A stretch of DNA of 64,000 nt from a bacterium (lineage in GTDB: Bacteria; Bacillota_I; Bacilli_A; RFN20; CAG-288). A program made the position numbers and the translations under genes. The stretch covers positions 75,577-139,576 of the forward strand of contig CAVDUB010000001.1 of NCBI GenBank assembly GCA_963612025.1, written 5' to 3'. Of this stretch, positions 1-9,636 are shown in pieces. Positions within the stretch are counted from its first letter, which is position 1; every line of letters starts with the position of its first letter. The notes under the pieces are model-generated. The model was given only the letters and a program-made list of their open reading frames with translations, ran no database searches and had not been told where the DNA came from.

Positions 1-3000
1 TTTCCGTGAAGTAGCTGAGAGCAGGGATATCGACCTTCATGGAGAAGTCCTGGTTAGCCGTATAGCTTGCAGCAGAGACACCTGTGCTCATGGCGGTTCC
101 ATCGACATGGATGGCGCTTCTGACTTCGACCTCGATTTCAGCAGTGGAGGTGATCCAGACATCCTGCTTCGTCTTCGCATTCAGCGTGATCTTGCCTTCC
201 TTTGTCGGCTTTCCGCTGACAACCTTATTGTTGACAAACTTCAATCCGTATTCGGCAAGTGCGTCATTCGAGGCATCATCGAGAATGAAGGAGATATCCG
301 AATTGGAGACCTTGATATTATTGTTGACGCCCTGTTCGACAACGACAGTGAACTTCTGGCCAGAGACAGCACCGTTCTTGATCGTGGTGGAGTTGGCTCT
401 CGTATACAAAGCTCTCTGGGCTTTGCGACGGATCGCAAAATAGAGAGATGGATTTGCCTGATCATCACTGGTAGCCGTGGCACTCGATTTGGTCTTAACC
501 ATCTTGGCTGTTGCATCCCAGGTACCATGATCAAGAGCGTTCTTCGGATAGCCCTTGGACTGACCAAGAAGCTGATCGGAACCGGCATAGGCCATCAAAT
601 TGACCGGAACATAATCTTTTGCCCAGGCATCTGTGCAGACATCCGCCTTGGAATCCCATTCATCTCTTAAGAGATACTGATGGATGGCATAGGAGTTTGC
701 CGTGACGGCATAGCCGATACGGTTGAAAGATGACATGAGACCCATGGAATGACCGAATTTCACGGCATATTCGAACGGCTTGAGATACTGTTCACGAATG
801 ACCTGTTCATTGGCGAAAGTGAGGACACCGCCATAGTCCGCACGATATGATTCCTGATCATTGAGGAAGAAATGCTTACAATAGGTGATAAGACCCTTGC
901 TGACGGCTCCCGAGACAACAGCTGCAGCGAATCTTGCCGCATGATAGCCATCCTGAGAATAATATTCGAAATTACGTCCGCTGAAAGGTGAACGATGAGT
1001 ATTCATAGCCGGACCAGCCCACTGGGAAAGTCCCAAGAAGATGGCTTCATTTCCGACAAGACGTCCCATCTTTTCGCCTAATTTCGTATTGAAAGAGGCA
1101 GAGAGAATCGGAGCGGATGGGAAGAGGGTACCGCCAGAAATCTGGACAGGACCATCCTTATAGTTGTCTTCATCCTTGTTGATGACATCCAAAGCCGCCA
1201 TTCCAGGGCCAGACTTGGCATCGCCAGAGACGATGTTTGCCAAATCATCCCAGCTGAGTTGGTTCATGAAGGAAGTCCATTTTGCGCTTCCGGCATCTGT
1301 TCCTTCGGTGACCTTTCCATCCTCAACCGTCAGATCCTGATAATCGACGCCTGCCATATCGGCCAAATTGAGGTGGTTTTTACCCGTGGTCTTGCTATCC
1401 TGTGTCCATGTTGATGGAACACTGCTCGCATACCAAGGATCGGCTTCTGACAATTCATAATGGTTGTAGACATCCTGATCATCGAGAAGTTCCTTTTGTT
1501 CCTTCGTGAGCGTGCGATCGGCAACACTGGCAGCGGCAGGTTGTTTGAGACCACCTTCATCGCTTCTGGAAATCGTATTGTTCTCCAAAGCTTCCTTGGT
1601 GGAATTGTATTCATCATCCTGGGAGAAAATTGGCTTGATTTCCTTTCCCGTGACATAGTCATTCTGAATATCAATCGTGGAATTGATGGTTCTTGTCATG
1701 GAAAGAACTGGCGTATGGGAGTCCTTGTTGGCCGTGATGGTGTAATCACCCGCTTCGAGTTCATAGCCAGTATGACCATTGTTGTTCTTGTCATTATAGT
1801 CGAAGGATGCCATATCCTGGGCGACGAACTGCACGGTGACAATATCGCTTTCGCCTGGTTGGAGAAGTTTCGTCTTTCCGAAGTTGACCAGGTTGTTCGA
1901 TGCTTTCTCGATTCCATTTTTCTTATAAGGTGCGGAGAAATAGATTTGGACAACATCTTTTCCTGCGACAGACCCGGTATTGGTGACCTTCACTTGAGCG
2001 GTCACAGTCTGTGTCGCACCAGAAATCGTTGCAGTTTTGGCTACGCCGACCCATTTCCAATCAAAGGTGGTATAACTCAAGCCGAATCCGAATGGATAGA
2101 GAACATTGCTGTTGTACCATCCTTCGCCATCCTTGCCCATATCGGTGGCTTTTGTTTCATAGAAACGATAGCCATTGTAGATACCTTCACGGTATTCCGT
2201 CTCGGTATAGTTGGTTGCTTCGCCATTATAGTAGAGCGTCGCATTCATTCTCGACCCGTCACCATTCTTGTTCTGATTCTGCCATCCGAAGTTAGTAAAA
2301 GAAGGATCGTTCTTAAAGTTCTTTGTCCAGATATCGGAAGTATGTCCAGATGGGTTGACTTCACCGGTCAAGATTTTTCCGATAGCCAATGCACCGTTGT
2401 TTCCAACGCCGCCAATCCATAAGACGGCATCGACACCCAGATTGGTCGATGTCTTTTCTTCAACCAACTCAGGAATTTCCATGATATTGGAAGAGTTGAT
2501 GAGAACAATGACCTTGCCGAAATAGGTCTTGACGTGCTTGATCAATTCTCTTTCATTGTCATCAAGCATGAGATAGTGATCATCTTCATTCTTATGTCCG
2601 TCCACCTGGCAAGTTGCCAAGTCCTTGTTTTCAGCACCGTTTCTATGAAGAGTGATGACAGCAGCATCATTGTAGGCATAATAGGATGCGATGGTGGAGG
2701 AAGTATATTCATCCATGGAAATTTCAAGAAGGTTGTTGTCTGCCGTCTTTGTGGCTCCATTGATGGTCTTGTAGGTCTTGTAGAGATCGATCGTCGATGG
2801 GTTGACCTGGATGCCAACTTCTTCTAGAGATTCCTGAACTCCAGTAAAGGCAATATTATTGTTTCCTGTTTTGCCAGCGCCTGATCCGCCACCGGCCGTC
2901 ACCATATCGACTGTGGCAATGCCAAAGCAGGTAACATGCTTTTCCGAACTGGTCAAAGGGAGGGCATTGTTGGCATTCTTCAATAAAACATCGCCTTCGC

Positions 3001-3337
3001 TTGCAATATCGACGGCAGTTTCCTTGGCAGCCTGCTGCTCGATTTCAAGAGAAGAATAATCCGTGTAGAATTTTCCGTCTTTGGATAAATCACCCGTCTT
3101 TCCACCTGTCACTTCGACATTCTTTTCGACGACAGGATCGACTTCATCGTCATCGTCGTCATCTGGTTCCGGATCAGTCGAACTTGAACTGCTCGAGGTT
3201 GAATCGCTTGTTCCCGTCGTATCGGTCGTAATTGGGAACGTGGAACTCGGATTTCCGGTCGAAGATGTGGAGTTTGAACATCCAACCATGAAAGCTGACA
3301 TCGCCGCCAAAACAACGAGTTTGAATTGTTTTTTCAT
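1..3337 (-). CDS. Glycoside hydrolase family 3 lipoprotein, domain-permuted; the C-terminus runs off the left window edge
   Basis: It is absent from the ORF track because no stop codon lies inside the window. Minus-strand reading from the ATG at 3337 (purine-rich RBS upstream) gives MKKQFKLVVLAAMSAFMVGC (lipobox), then an S/T/D-rich linker. The same motifs as the complete paralogs follow (SNVLYPFGFGLSYTTF near 2060-2100; LSQWAGPAMNTHRSPFSGRNFEYY near 960-1030). Plus-strand ORFs here are antisense shadows. Confidence 0.85.
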   Translation of the reverse strand, partial: MKKQFKLVVLAAMSAFMVGCSNSTSSTGNPSSTFPITTDTTGTSDSTSSSSSSTDPEPDDDDDDEVDPVVEKNVEVTGGKTGDLSKDGKFYTDYSSLEIEQQAAKETAVDIASEGDVLLKNANNALPLTSSEKHVTCFGIATVDMVTAGGGSGAGKTGNNNIAFTGVQESLEEVGIQVNPSTIDLYKTYKTINGATKTADNNLLEISMDEYTSSTIASYYAYNDAAVITLHRNGAENKDLATCQVDGHKNEDDHYLMLDDNERELIKHVKTYFGKVIVLINSSNIMEIPELVEEKTSTNLGVDAVLWIGGVGNNGALAIGKILTGEVNPSGHTSDIWTKNFKNDPSFTNFGWQNQNKNGDGSRMNATLYYNGEATNYTETEYREGIYNGYRFYETKATDMGKDGEGWYNSNVLYPFGFGLSYTTFDWKWVGVAKTATISGATQTVTAQVKVTNTGSVAGKDVVQIYFSAPYKKNGIEKASNNLVNFGKTKLLQPGESDIVTVQFVAQDMASFDYNDKNNNGHTGYELEAGDYTITANKDSHTPVLSMTRTINSTIDIQNDYVTGKEIKPIFSQDDEYNSTKEALENNTISRSDEGGLKQPAAASVADRTLTKEQKELLDDQDVYNHYELSEADPWYASSVPSTWTQDSKTTGKNHLNLADMAGVDYQDLTVEDGKVTEGTDAGSAKWTSFMNQLSWDDLANIVSGDAKSGPGMAALDVINKDEDNYKDGPVQISGGTLFPSAPILSASFNTKLGEKMGRLVGNEAIFLGLSQWAGPAMNTHRSPFSGRNFEYYSQDGYHAARFAAAVVSGAVSKGLITYCKHFFLNDQESYRADYGGVLTFANEQVIREQYLKPFEYAVKFGHSMGLMSSFNRIGYAVTANSYAIHQYLLRDEWDSKADVCTDAWAKDYVPVNLMAYAGSDQLLGQSKGYPKNALDHGTWDATAKMVKTKSSATATSDDQANPSLYFAIRRKAQRALYTRANSTTIKNGAVSGQKFTVVVEQGVNNNIKVSNSDISFILDDASNDALAEYGLKFVNNKVVSGKPTKEGKITLNAKTKQDVWITSTAEIEVEVRSAIHVDGTAMSTGVSAASYTANQDFSMKVDIPALSYFTE

Positions 3338-3355
3338 CTGGTTTTTCCTTTCTTT

Positions 3356-3370
3356 GAATGACAATCATTC
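3356..3370. promoter_or_regulatory. Perfect 6-3-6 palindrome GAATGAcaaTCATTC between the GH3 lipoprotein RBS and the divergent TetR operon (operator candidate)
   Basis: The inverted repeat is read directly from the sequence and lies about 19 nt upstream of the ATG at 3337. Confidence 0.35.
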
Positions 3371-3639
3371 TTTAACTTCTCTTGTTTACAAGTGATTTCT
3401 TGCCAAGGAATGCAATCACCTGTAAGCCCTTTTATTTTAGAAACAGGCCTTTTTTCTTTGAATAGGCAAAAAAGTCGAATGAGTTAACAAGAAAGACAAA
3501 AAGACAAAAAAGTGCCAATTACGCACTTTTTGCAGAAAACTGTTTATTTTCTATGATCTTATCTTCTAACCGACGAATTTTTGATTTAAAATAACCTCAA
3601 AGTTTATGAAAAAAACTTTTAGAAAGAAAAGTCCCGATT

Positions 3640-4158
3640 ATGAATCAAAGCACAAGAACAAAGACAGCAATCATGGATGGATTTCTTTCTTTATTGAATC
3701 CTGATGTACATGAAGAAGATATTTCCCTAAAGGAAATCCTCGATTCCTGTCTTGTCACAAAATCGACCTTCTACCGCCACTTCAAGGACAAGCAGGATTT
3801 GATTCGCTTTTGTTTCTCAAACTTCTCAAAGGAAATGTATTTCCATACAAAATGCTTTTTCCTAGGAAATGAATCAGAAATGGATTTCATCCTCTATCTC
3901 AATCTAAAAAAGATGAAATTTAGAAAGCTTTGTCTCATCAGAAAAGAAAAAGACATGAACCGTTTCTTCCTTGAAAGACACTTTCTGGAAAACAACGAAG
4001 AGGGGAACACCTATTTCGGAGATGAGATTTTCTCTCTTCTTTATTCCCTCTTGGAAGATGAACAGCCTTGCAAAATCGAAACCCTCAAGCACTCCCTTTC
4101 CGCCACACTTGAGAAACTAAATATTCAGATAAAAGAAATAGGAGGAAAAATCAACTGA
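3640..4158 (+). CDS. TetR/AcrR family transcriptional regulator
   Basis: The N-terminal HTH motif is ISLKEILDSCLVTKSTFYRHFKDKQDLI. The stop TGA overlaps the next ATG (TGATG). Confidence 0.85.
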   Translation: MNQSTRTKTAIMDGFLSLLNPDVHEEDISLKEILDSCLVTKSTFYRHFKDKQDLIRFCFSNFSKEMYFHTKCFFLGNESEMDFILYLNLKKMKFRKLCLIRKEKDMNRFFLERHFLENNEEGNTYFGDEIFSLLYSLLEDEQPCKIETLKHSLSATLEKLNIQIKEIGGKIN

Positions 4159-4886
4159 TGATCTTGCAGATAGCCATTGTGGAAGATAATGAAAATGATT
4201 ATCTCAACCTGAAGACGCACTTGGATAAATTTTCTCTCGAAAACAATATTCCTATGAAATTGTTCTACTATTCATCCGGTGAAGCCTTCCTAAATGAATA
4301 CAGACCGATTTACGAAATTGTCTTTTTGGATATCCAGCTTCCTGGAATGAGCGGAATGGACACGGCAAAGAAATTGAGAGACCTCGACAATCTTGTCACG
4401 CTCATTTTCACAACAAACATCGCCTCTTTGGCTATCGAAGGATACCAGTACAATGCAAACGACTACCTTTTAAAGCCCATCAAATACGAAACTATCGAAG
4501 CGAAAATGAAGAAGATCATGAAAAACGTCAAAATCAAGACAAGGACAATTCCGATTATGATGGATGGAAAGGTGAAACTCATCGAATATTCCTCTCTCCT
4601 CTATATCGAATCCTTCGGGCACAATCTCGTCTTCCATACGATAGAAGGCAACTTTGAAGTGCGTGACAAAAAGACCATGAAGAACCTCGAGGAAGAACTC
4701 TCTGAGTTCAATTTCGCAAGATGTTCCGTGAGTTATCTCGTCAATCTCTCTTTCCTATCGGGCATCGATAAGAATGAAGCCGTCCTGATCAACAAGGAAA
4801 GATTGCCGATTTCGAGAAATCGAAAAAAAGACTTTGTCGAGAAAGTCTTCGATGCATTGAAGAACAATCGAGGATTCCTACTTTGA
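4158..4886 (+). CDS. LytTR-family response regulator (canonical receiver domain)
   Basis: Receiver motifs are IAIVEDNEND, FLDIQLPGMSG, FTT and LLKPI, followed by a C-terminal LytTR-type DNA-binding region. A GGAGG RBS sits inside the TetR 3' end. Confidence 0.9.
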   Translation: MILQIAIVEDNENDYLNLKTHLDKFSLENNIPMKLFYYSSGEAFLNEYRPIYEIVFLDIQLPGMSGMDTAKKLRDLDNLVTLIFTTNIASLAIEGYQYNANDYLLKPIKYETIEAKMKKIMKNVKIKTRTIPIMMDGKVKLIEYSSLLYIESFGHNLVFHTIEGNFEVRDKKTMKNLEEELSEFNFARCSVSYLVNLSFLSGIDKNEAVLINKERLPISRNRKKDFVEKVFDALKNNRGFLL

Positions 4887-6208
4887 GCGCCTCCATCTTT
4901 TATGGGCATGTGGATTTTCCCTTGCTTCTCATTCTCGGTGAAACATTGATTGCCCGATTCTTCGTCAAGAGAAGCCATTTTTTCATTCGTTATCTTCTTT
5001 ATGTCCTTTTGACAATCGGAAGCAATTTTGGACTCTACTACTTAGGGAATATCCCACTAAATTTTCTCTATAAAATTTCTGAGCCATTCATCGTCTTTCT
5101 TATTTCTCTGCTCGGTCTGTTCTTCTGCTTCCGGGCGAGTTTTGCAAGCTATCTTCTCGCTGCCAATATCGGCTATTGTCTGCAGAATACCTCCTATTGT
5201 CTTGCGAGTCTTGTCCGCATGATTTTCGGATTTGATGCCGATGAGAAATGGTATTTCATGATGATGATTCTCATTCCTATCTTCTCCGTATACACCTATC
5301 TATTCAATAAGCTCTATCTTTCCAAGCCTGAAAATGTCAAAGGAATCGGTCAAATTACCGAAAAAAGGCAAATTATCATCACCTTCATTTCCTGTTCAGC
5401 CATTTCTTTCTTATCCTCATGCGGAATGTCGACCGCCATAAAAGCAGGCAACGATGCCATCGGCTGGATCAGCATCTATTGCTTCAACATCTGCATCGGT
5501 GTCATCTCGCTCACATCGGAACTCGAGCTCTTGACATCCCGAGCGAAGATCAAGGAGGCTGCCCAGATCAAAGCGCGCTATGATAAGGATAAGGAAGCCT
5601 ATCGACAGAACACGGAAAATATCGAACTGATCAATATCAAAATGCATGATCTGAAACACCAGATGGACTCGCTGACGAACAAACTCGGCGAAGAGGAAAT
5701 TGAATCGCTCAAGAAATCCATCGATGGCTTCTGTCAGAAGGTGAAAACCAACTGTACTGCTCTTGATTTCGTTCTCCAGGAAAAAGGAGCAACGCTCCTC
5801 AACAATCAGATCCAATTGACCTGCATGCTCAACGGAGAAAAACTCAATTTCATTCCCAAGGAAGTCCTCTATTCCCTCTTTGAGAATGCCTTGAGCAATT
5901 CGATAGAAGCCGTCAAGAAACTTCCTGTCGAAAAAAGGCTGATTTCGATCAAAGGCATCGATTTAGGGGACTATATGCATATACACATAGAGAATAATAG
6001 CCTGAACCAAAAAAGCATCTCATTAGGAGAAACATCCAAGAAAGACAAAATCGGACACGGATATGGACTGAAATCCATAAAAAATATCATGGAGGAATAC
6101 GACGGAAAATTCTCCTATCAGTTGGTGGATGGCATTTTTTCTCTTGATTTGTTCTTTTATCTTAAGAATCAAAAAAGAAAAGACGAAATCGTTCAAGAAA
6201 TATTGTAA
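4883..6208 (+). CDS. Polytopic sensor histidine kinase, AgrC/HPK10-like (GHKL ATPase)
   Basis: There are 6-7 N-terminal hydrophobic helices. The H-box is MHDLKHQMDSL, the N-box is LFENALSNSIEA and the G-box is GHGYGLKSI. The TTG start overlaps the response regulator stop; an alternative ATG lies at 4902. Confidence 0.85.
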   Translation: MSASIFYGHVDFPLLLILGETLIARFFVKRSHFFIRYLLYVLLTIGSNFGLYYLGNIPLNFLYKISEPFIVFLISLLGLFFCFRASFASYLLAANIGYCLQNTSYCLASLVRMIFGFDADEKWYFMMMILIPIFSVYTYLFNKLYLSKPENVKGIGQITEKRQIIITFISCSAISFLSSCGMSTAIKAGNDAIGWISIYCFNICIGVISLTSELELLTSRAKIKEAAQIKARYDKDKEAYRQNTENIELINIKMHDLKHQMDSLTNKLGEEEIESLKKSIDGFCQKVKTNCTALDFVLQEKGATLLNNQIQLTCMLNGEKLNFIPKEVLYSLFENALSNSIEAVKKLPVEKRLISIKGIDLGDYMHIHIENNSLNQKSISLGETSKKDKIGHGYGLKSIKNIMEEYDGKFSYQLVDGIFSLDLFFYLKNQKRKDEIVQEIL

Positions 6209-6316
6209 TCGTTCATTTCATCTTCCAAGTACGCCGTGAAAATTACCAACTTTGACCAAGATATTCTTTCCTCGGTATCAAAACTATAAAATGTAAGCGA
6301 TACCAAGGAGGAAAAG

Positions 6317-6868
6317 ATGGAAAAATCACATACAGCCAGTCTTCGGACAAAAAACTACATTCTGAATTCTTTTTCGAACTTATTGGTCATGAAGGAATTT
6401 CCCAAGATCACCATTACCGACATTCTTAACGAAGCCGATATCTCCAAGGGAACCTTCTATAAGTACTTTCAGGATAAATACGATTTATCCATGCAGGTCT
6501 ATCGATCCTTCTATGAAAGATTAGAAGAGACGATTCTCTCAAGGAATCTCTCAGCTCAGATGGATGGGTATTGCGATTTCTTCAATGAGAATAAGATGTA
6601 CTATGAGTCGCTGATGAAAATCGATGACGGTGTTTTATGTCTCAAGGATTTGTTCAAGGAAGACTTGAAGAAATATTACATCCAAAACATCCAGAACAAT
6701 GATGTCGAAGCTGATTTGTATGCCCATCAGATTCTATGGGTCTTCTCTTATTTCACTTCCCTCAACAGGAAAATCGAAAGAGAGGATGTCGAACAGTACT
6801 TCTCGATTTCAAGAAATTTTTCCTTGAACCTTCTTGCCCATCAGACCAAGAATGAAAAAAGAATCTAG
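6317..6868 (+). CDS. TetR/AcrR family transcriptional regulator (second copy)
   Basis: The HTH motif is ITITDILNEADISKGTFYKYFQDKYDL. An AAGGAGG RBS lies upstream. Confidence 0.85.
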   Translation: MEKSHTASLRTKNYILNSFSNLLVMKEFPKITITDILNEADISKGTFYKYFQDKYDLSMQVYRSFYERLEETILSRNLSAQMDGYCDFFNENKMYYESLMKIDDGVLCLKDLFKEDLKKYYIQNIQNNDVEADLYAHQILWVFSYFTSLNRKIEREDVEQYFSISRNFSLNLLAHQTKNEKRI

Positions 6869-6961
6869 AAGGTCTGATGAAAGAAAAAGAAAGTCATTCA
6901 ATAGATAACCCTTTCTCTATTTGATTTTCCCTTATCGAATGTGGCATGAAAGCCGCATTCT

Positions 6962-6989
6962 GCGGCCAGGTTCATTCTTGGCCGCTTTT
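6962..6989 (+). terminator. Rho-independent terminator after the second TetR gene
   Basis: The stem GCGGCCA/TGGCCGC is followed by TTTT. A second hairpin (GAATGTGGC/GCCGCATTC) precedes it at 6937-6960. Confidence 0.7.
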
Positions 6990-7052
6990 CAGTTTCTAGA
7001 AAAGAACATCAGCATATAGATGGGAAGATTGACGATTCTTTCGTTTTCCTTA

Positions 7053-8043
7053 TTATATATATTCCTTTTCGAGAGGACATATGCCTTTTCGATTTCCGGG
7101 TATATTTCGAAAAGATGATAAGAGCATGATTTTCATATTTGCCCGTTGCATTCGGATTTCCGGATTTGACTTCCAAAGGGATAATCTGTCCTTTTTTTGT
7201 ATCAGGGAATCAATTTCGCCGCACTTTTTATGATTGTAGTAGTAAAGAGGATACCCTTTTGAGGCGAGTTCCTCAGCGACAACATTTTCAAAAGGAGCAT
7301 CAAAATTGATTGTGCAATCCCCTTGCATGACTTTCACTGCATTTTCCCTATCGAAGAGTTGACAGGAAAGAAGACCGATATCATTCGAAAAAAGTTTCAC
7401 TGTCTTTCGATTCTCATTCAGTCTCAATGGATACATTGTAAGACGCCAAGGCGACACCCGCTTTCGTAAGCCAAAGAAAAGCATCTCTCAAATCGAGATT
7501 TTTAGCATTCGGATAATCGAATTTTGATTTTCGAAAATGCTTGTCCTTTCGATTCTGTTCCACTGGAATACTTCTATACGACTCACTGATCAAGATTCTT
7601 TGCTCGAGAGGAGCATATTTCTGAATATACTTCTGATATCCGTCCAAAAGCTGATTCTGGCATGTTCTGACCTTCTCCAAGTCCATCGATTCCAGAAAAA
7701 GAGAAACAGCTTCCGGCAATTCCACCAACAAGAAGATATTGCTGAAAAAAACATCATTTTTTGATGAATCGTTTCCTCGACTTTCGACACCGTGCCAAAT
7801 GCTTTTTTAAATAGAAAAGAACTTCAGAACCGATCCCCTTGCAGCCTAAAAACTCTTCGAAATCCAATGGATACATCGTATATGTATCCATATATCCGAC
7901 AGGATTGGACTGAATTTCAAAGAGGCTGAGTCCGAACAAAGAACCAGATAATGCATATCGGGAGCTTCGTTCACAAGTTTTTTGATTGATGTAATCGGAT
8001 CAATCGTTTTTTTGTACAAAAAAAGCCCGATTTCTCGGGTCAT
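7053..8043 (-). pseudogene. Frameshifted, 5'-truncated COG1373-type AAA ATPase (DUF4143 C-terminal region)
   Basis: Five overlapping minus-strand ORF fragments in three frames together read like one DUF4143-type protein (YTMYPLDFEEFL; LDLRDAFLWLTKAGVA; YYYNHKKCGEIDSLIQK). No P-loop region remains because tRNA-Leu starts 11 nt upstream. Confidence 0.7.
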
Positions 8044-8053
8044 TTTTTCTTAA

Positions 8054-8137
8054 TGGTGCGGACGGTCGGAATCGAACCGACATGGGAAGCCCATACGCCC
8101 CTCAAACGTACGCGTCTACCAATTTCGCCACGTCCGC
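8054..8137 (-). tRNA. tRNA-Leu (anticodon GAG), CCA encoded
   Basis: The manual cloverleaf has acceptor GCGGACG/CGTCCGC, anticodon arm TACGT-TTGAGGG-GCGTA, a long variable arm (GGGCTTCCC) and T arm GTCGG-TTCGATT-CCGAC. Confidence 0.9.
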
Positions 8138-8155
8138 ATAACTTTAAGCCTATAA

Positions 8156-8184
8156 ATCATACCAAACCTTTGCTATTATTGCAA
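8156..8184 (-). promoter_or_regulatory. Sigma-A type promoter for tRNA-Leu
   Basis: On the minus strand the pattern is TTGCAA-17 nt-TATGAT with an upstream TGn extension. It lies 12-20 nt upstream of the tRNA 5' end. It overlaps a divergent TTGCTA-17-TAAAAT pattern (8170-8198) facing the DUF45 gene. Confidence 0.55.
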
Positions 8185-8215
8185 GTTTTTTATAAAATAT
8201 TTTTGCATTCAATTT

Positions 8216-8908
8216 ATGGATAAGCGCATTTATATCGGTCAAAGAGAATATCATATGACAGACGGAAATTCTTTTGTGGCTAAAATTTATCGAAAATCAA
8301 ATAACCGTGGAATTTCTATCCGTGCCGTCTATGGAGAGATAGAAATCTATATCTCGACCTATACCTCTTTTTCAGATATGGACAAATTCGTTTCCTCAGC
8401 GTATAACAAGTTCAAAGGAAAGATCCTGAACAGACCATTTATGAAAGAAAATGTCTATATCTACATGTTAGGAAAGAAAAGATATTTCACATATGATCCA
8501 AGCAAGAAAGATGATCCAAACTATTTCTTTCTTCCTATGAACACCAAGGATCCTCTGACACGATATAAAAAACTCTTTCTTATCTATTTGCGTGAAAGGG
8601 TGAACCTCCTAGGAAAGAAAATGGGAAGAGACCTTTCTTCCTATATTATCCGAACCGGACTTTTTCTTTCCTATTATGCTGTCTGCTTTCCGACAAAACA
8701 TCAGTTCAAATTTGATTACCGACTTTTTGCCTATAAGCCGGAAATCATGGACAGCGTCATCATCCACGAGATTGCCCACACCTATGAGATTCATCACAAC
8801 GAAAGATTCTATACGATCGTGAAATTGTATTGCCCGCGCTACGATTACCTAAATCGTCAGATCGAAAACGGAAAATTCGAAGGAGAATACCAAGATTATG
8901 TCATTTAA
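8216..8908 (+). CDS. YgjP-like metallohydrolase (DUF45 / M48-type HExxH)
   Basis: The C-terminal motif is VIIHEIAHTYEIHHNERFY. Confidence 0.7.
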   Translation: MDKRIYIGQREYHMTDGNSFVAKIYRKSNNRGISIRAVYGEIEIYISTYTSFSDMDKFVSSAYNKFKGKILNRPFMKENVYIYMLGKKRYFTYDPSKKDDPNYFFLPMNTKDPLTRYKKLFLIYLRERVNLLGKKMGRDLSSYIIRTGLFLSYYAVCFPTKHQFKFDYRLFAYKPEIMDSVIIHEIAHTYEIHHNERFYTIVKLYCPRYDYLNRQIENGKFEGEYQDYVI

Positions 8909-9620
8909 AGTCATCGAGAGCAAAGAAAACAAAACCTATAAAGATCTTGTCCGACTCAAGAAAGGCGATCCAAAGAATGGATTGTTTCTGATTGAAGGAG
9001 AAGACCTCCTAACAGAAGCCTATAAGGAAGGAAAACTAACAGCCGTCATCGTTCCAGATGGAACAAAGATGCCGATGATTGATCTTCCAATCTATGGACT
9101 AAAACAAGGATTGTATCGAGAACTCTCCTCTTATCAGTCATTGCCAAAAGCGATGGGAATCGCTCATGTGGATATGGTCGATTGCTCAATGCTTGGTGAA
9201 AGAGTCATCTATCTCGATGGCGTGCAGGATCCTGGCAATGTTGGAACCATCATCCGTACTGCCCTAAGTTTCCAATATACGGGGGTGATGCTTTCAACTG
9301 ATTCAGTTTCATTGTATAATAGTAAAGTCATCCAATCCACAAAAGGAGCCATATTCCATCTCCCTGTCGCAAGAGGCGACCTCTCCCTTTTGAAAGAAAA
9401 AAATTATCATATCTATCTGACCACCTTGGATGGTGAGGATGAAAGAAAATTTTCTTCTCTTCCATTGCCTTTTGCCTTAGTCATGGGAAATGAGGGAAGA
9501 GGAGTCAATCCAAAGAACCTCTCGTTGGGAGAAAAAATCAAAATCGAAATGAGTGGAATCGATTCCCTCAACGTCGGTGTTGCGGCTGGAATCTTCATGT
9601 ATCGTTTCAAGAAGAATTAG
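8898..9620 (+). CDS. TrmH/SpoU-family RNA 2'-O-methyltransferase
   Basis: SpoU motifs are GVQDPGNVGTIIRTA, VMGNEGRGV and SLNVGVAAGIFMY. Confidence 0.85.
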   Translation: MSFKVIESKENKTYKDLVRLKKGDPKNGLFLIEGEDLLTEAYKEGKLTAVIVPDGTKMPMIDLPIYGLKQGLYRELSSYQSLPKAMGIAHVDMVDCSMLGERVIYLDGVQDPGNVGTIIRTALSFQYTGVMLSTDSVSLYNSKVIQSTKGAIFHLPVARGDLSLLKEKNYHIYLTTLDGEDERKFSSLPLPFALVMGNEGRGVNPKNLSLGEKIKIEMSGIDSLNVGVAAGIFMYRFKKN

Positions 9621-9636
9621 AAGGAGTCAAAGAAGA

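Noticed and set aside
84-2827. The track lists several plus- and minus-strand ORFs (up to 320 aa) at the left edge.
   Set aside because: They are shadows of the real minus-strand GH3 lipoprotein gene (1-3337). That gene is missing from the track only because its stop codon lies outside the window.
3606-3704. I considered a 32-codon ORF (MKKTFRKKSPDYESKHKNKDSNHGWISFFIES) as a possible pheromone precursor for the AgrC-like kinase.
   Set aside because: It has no RBS and overlaps the TetR start out of frame. It has no AgrD- or ComC-like features (no leader or double-Gly, and no Cys/Ser ring motif with an acidic tail).
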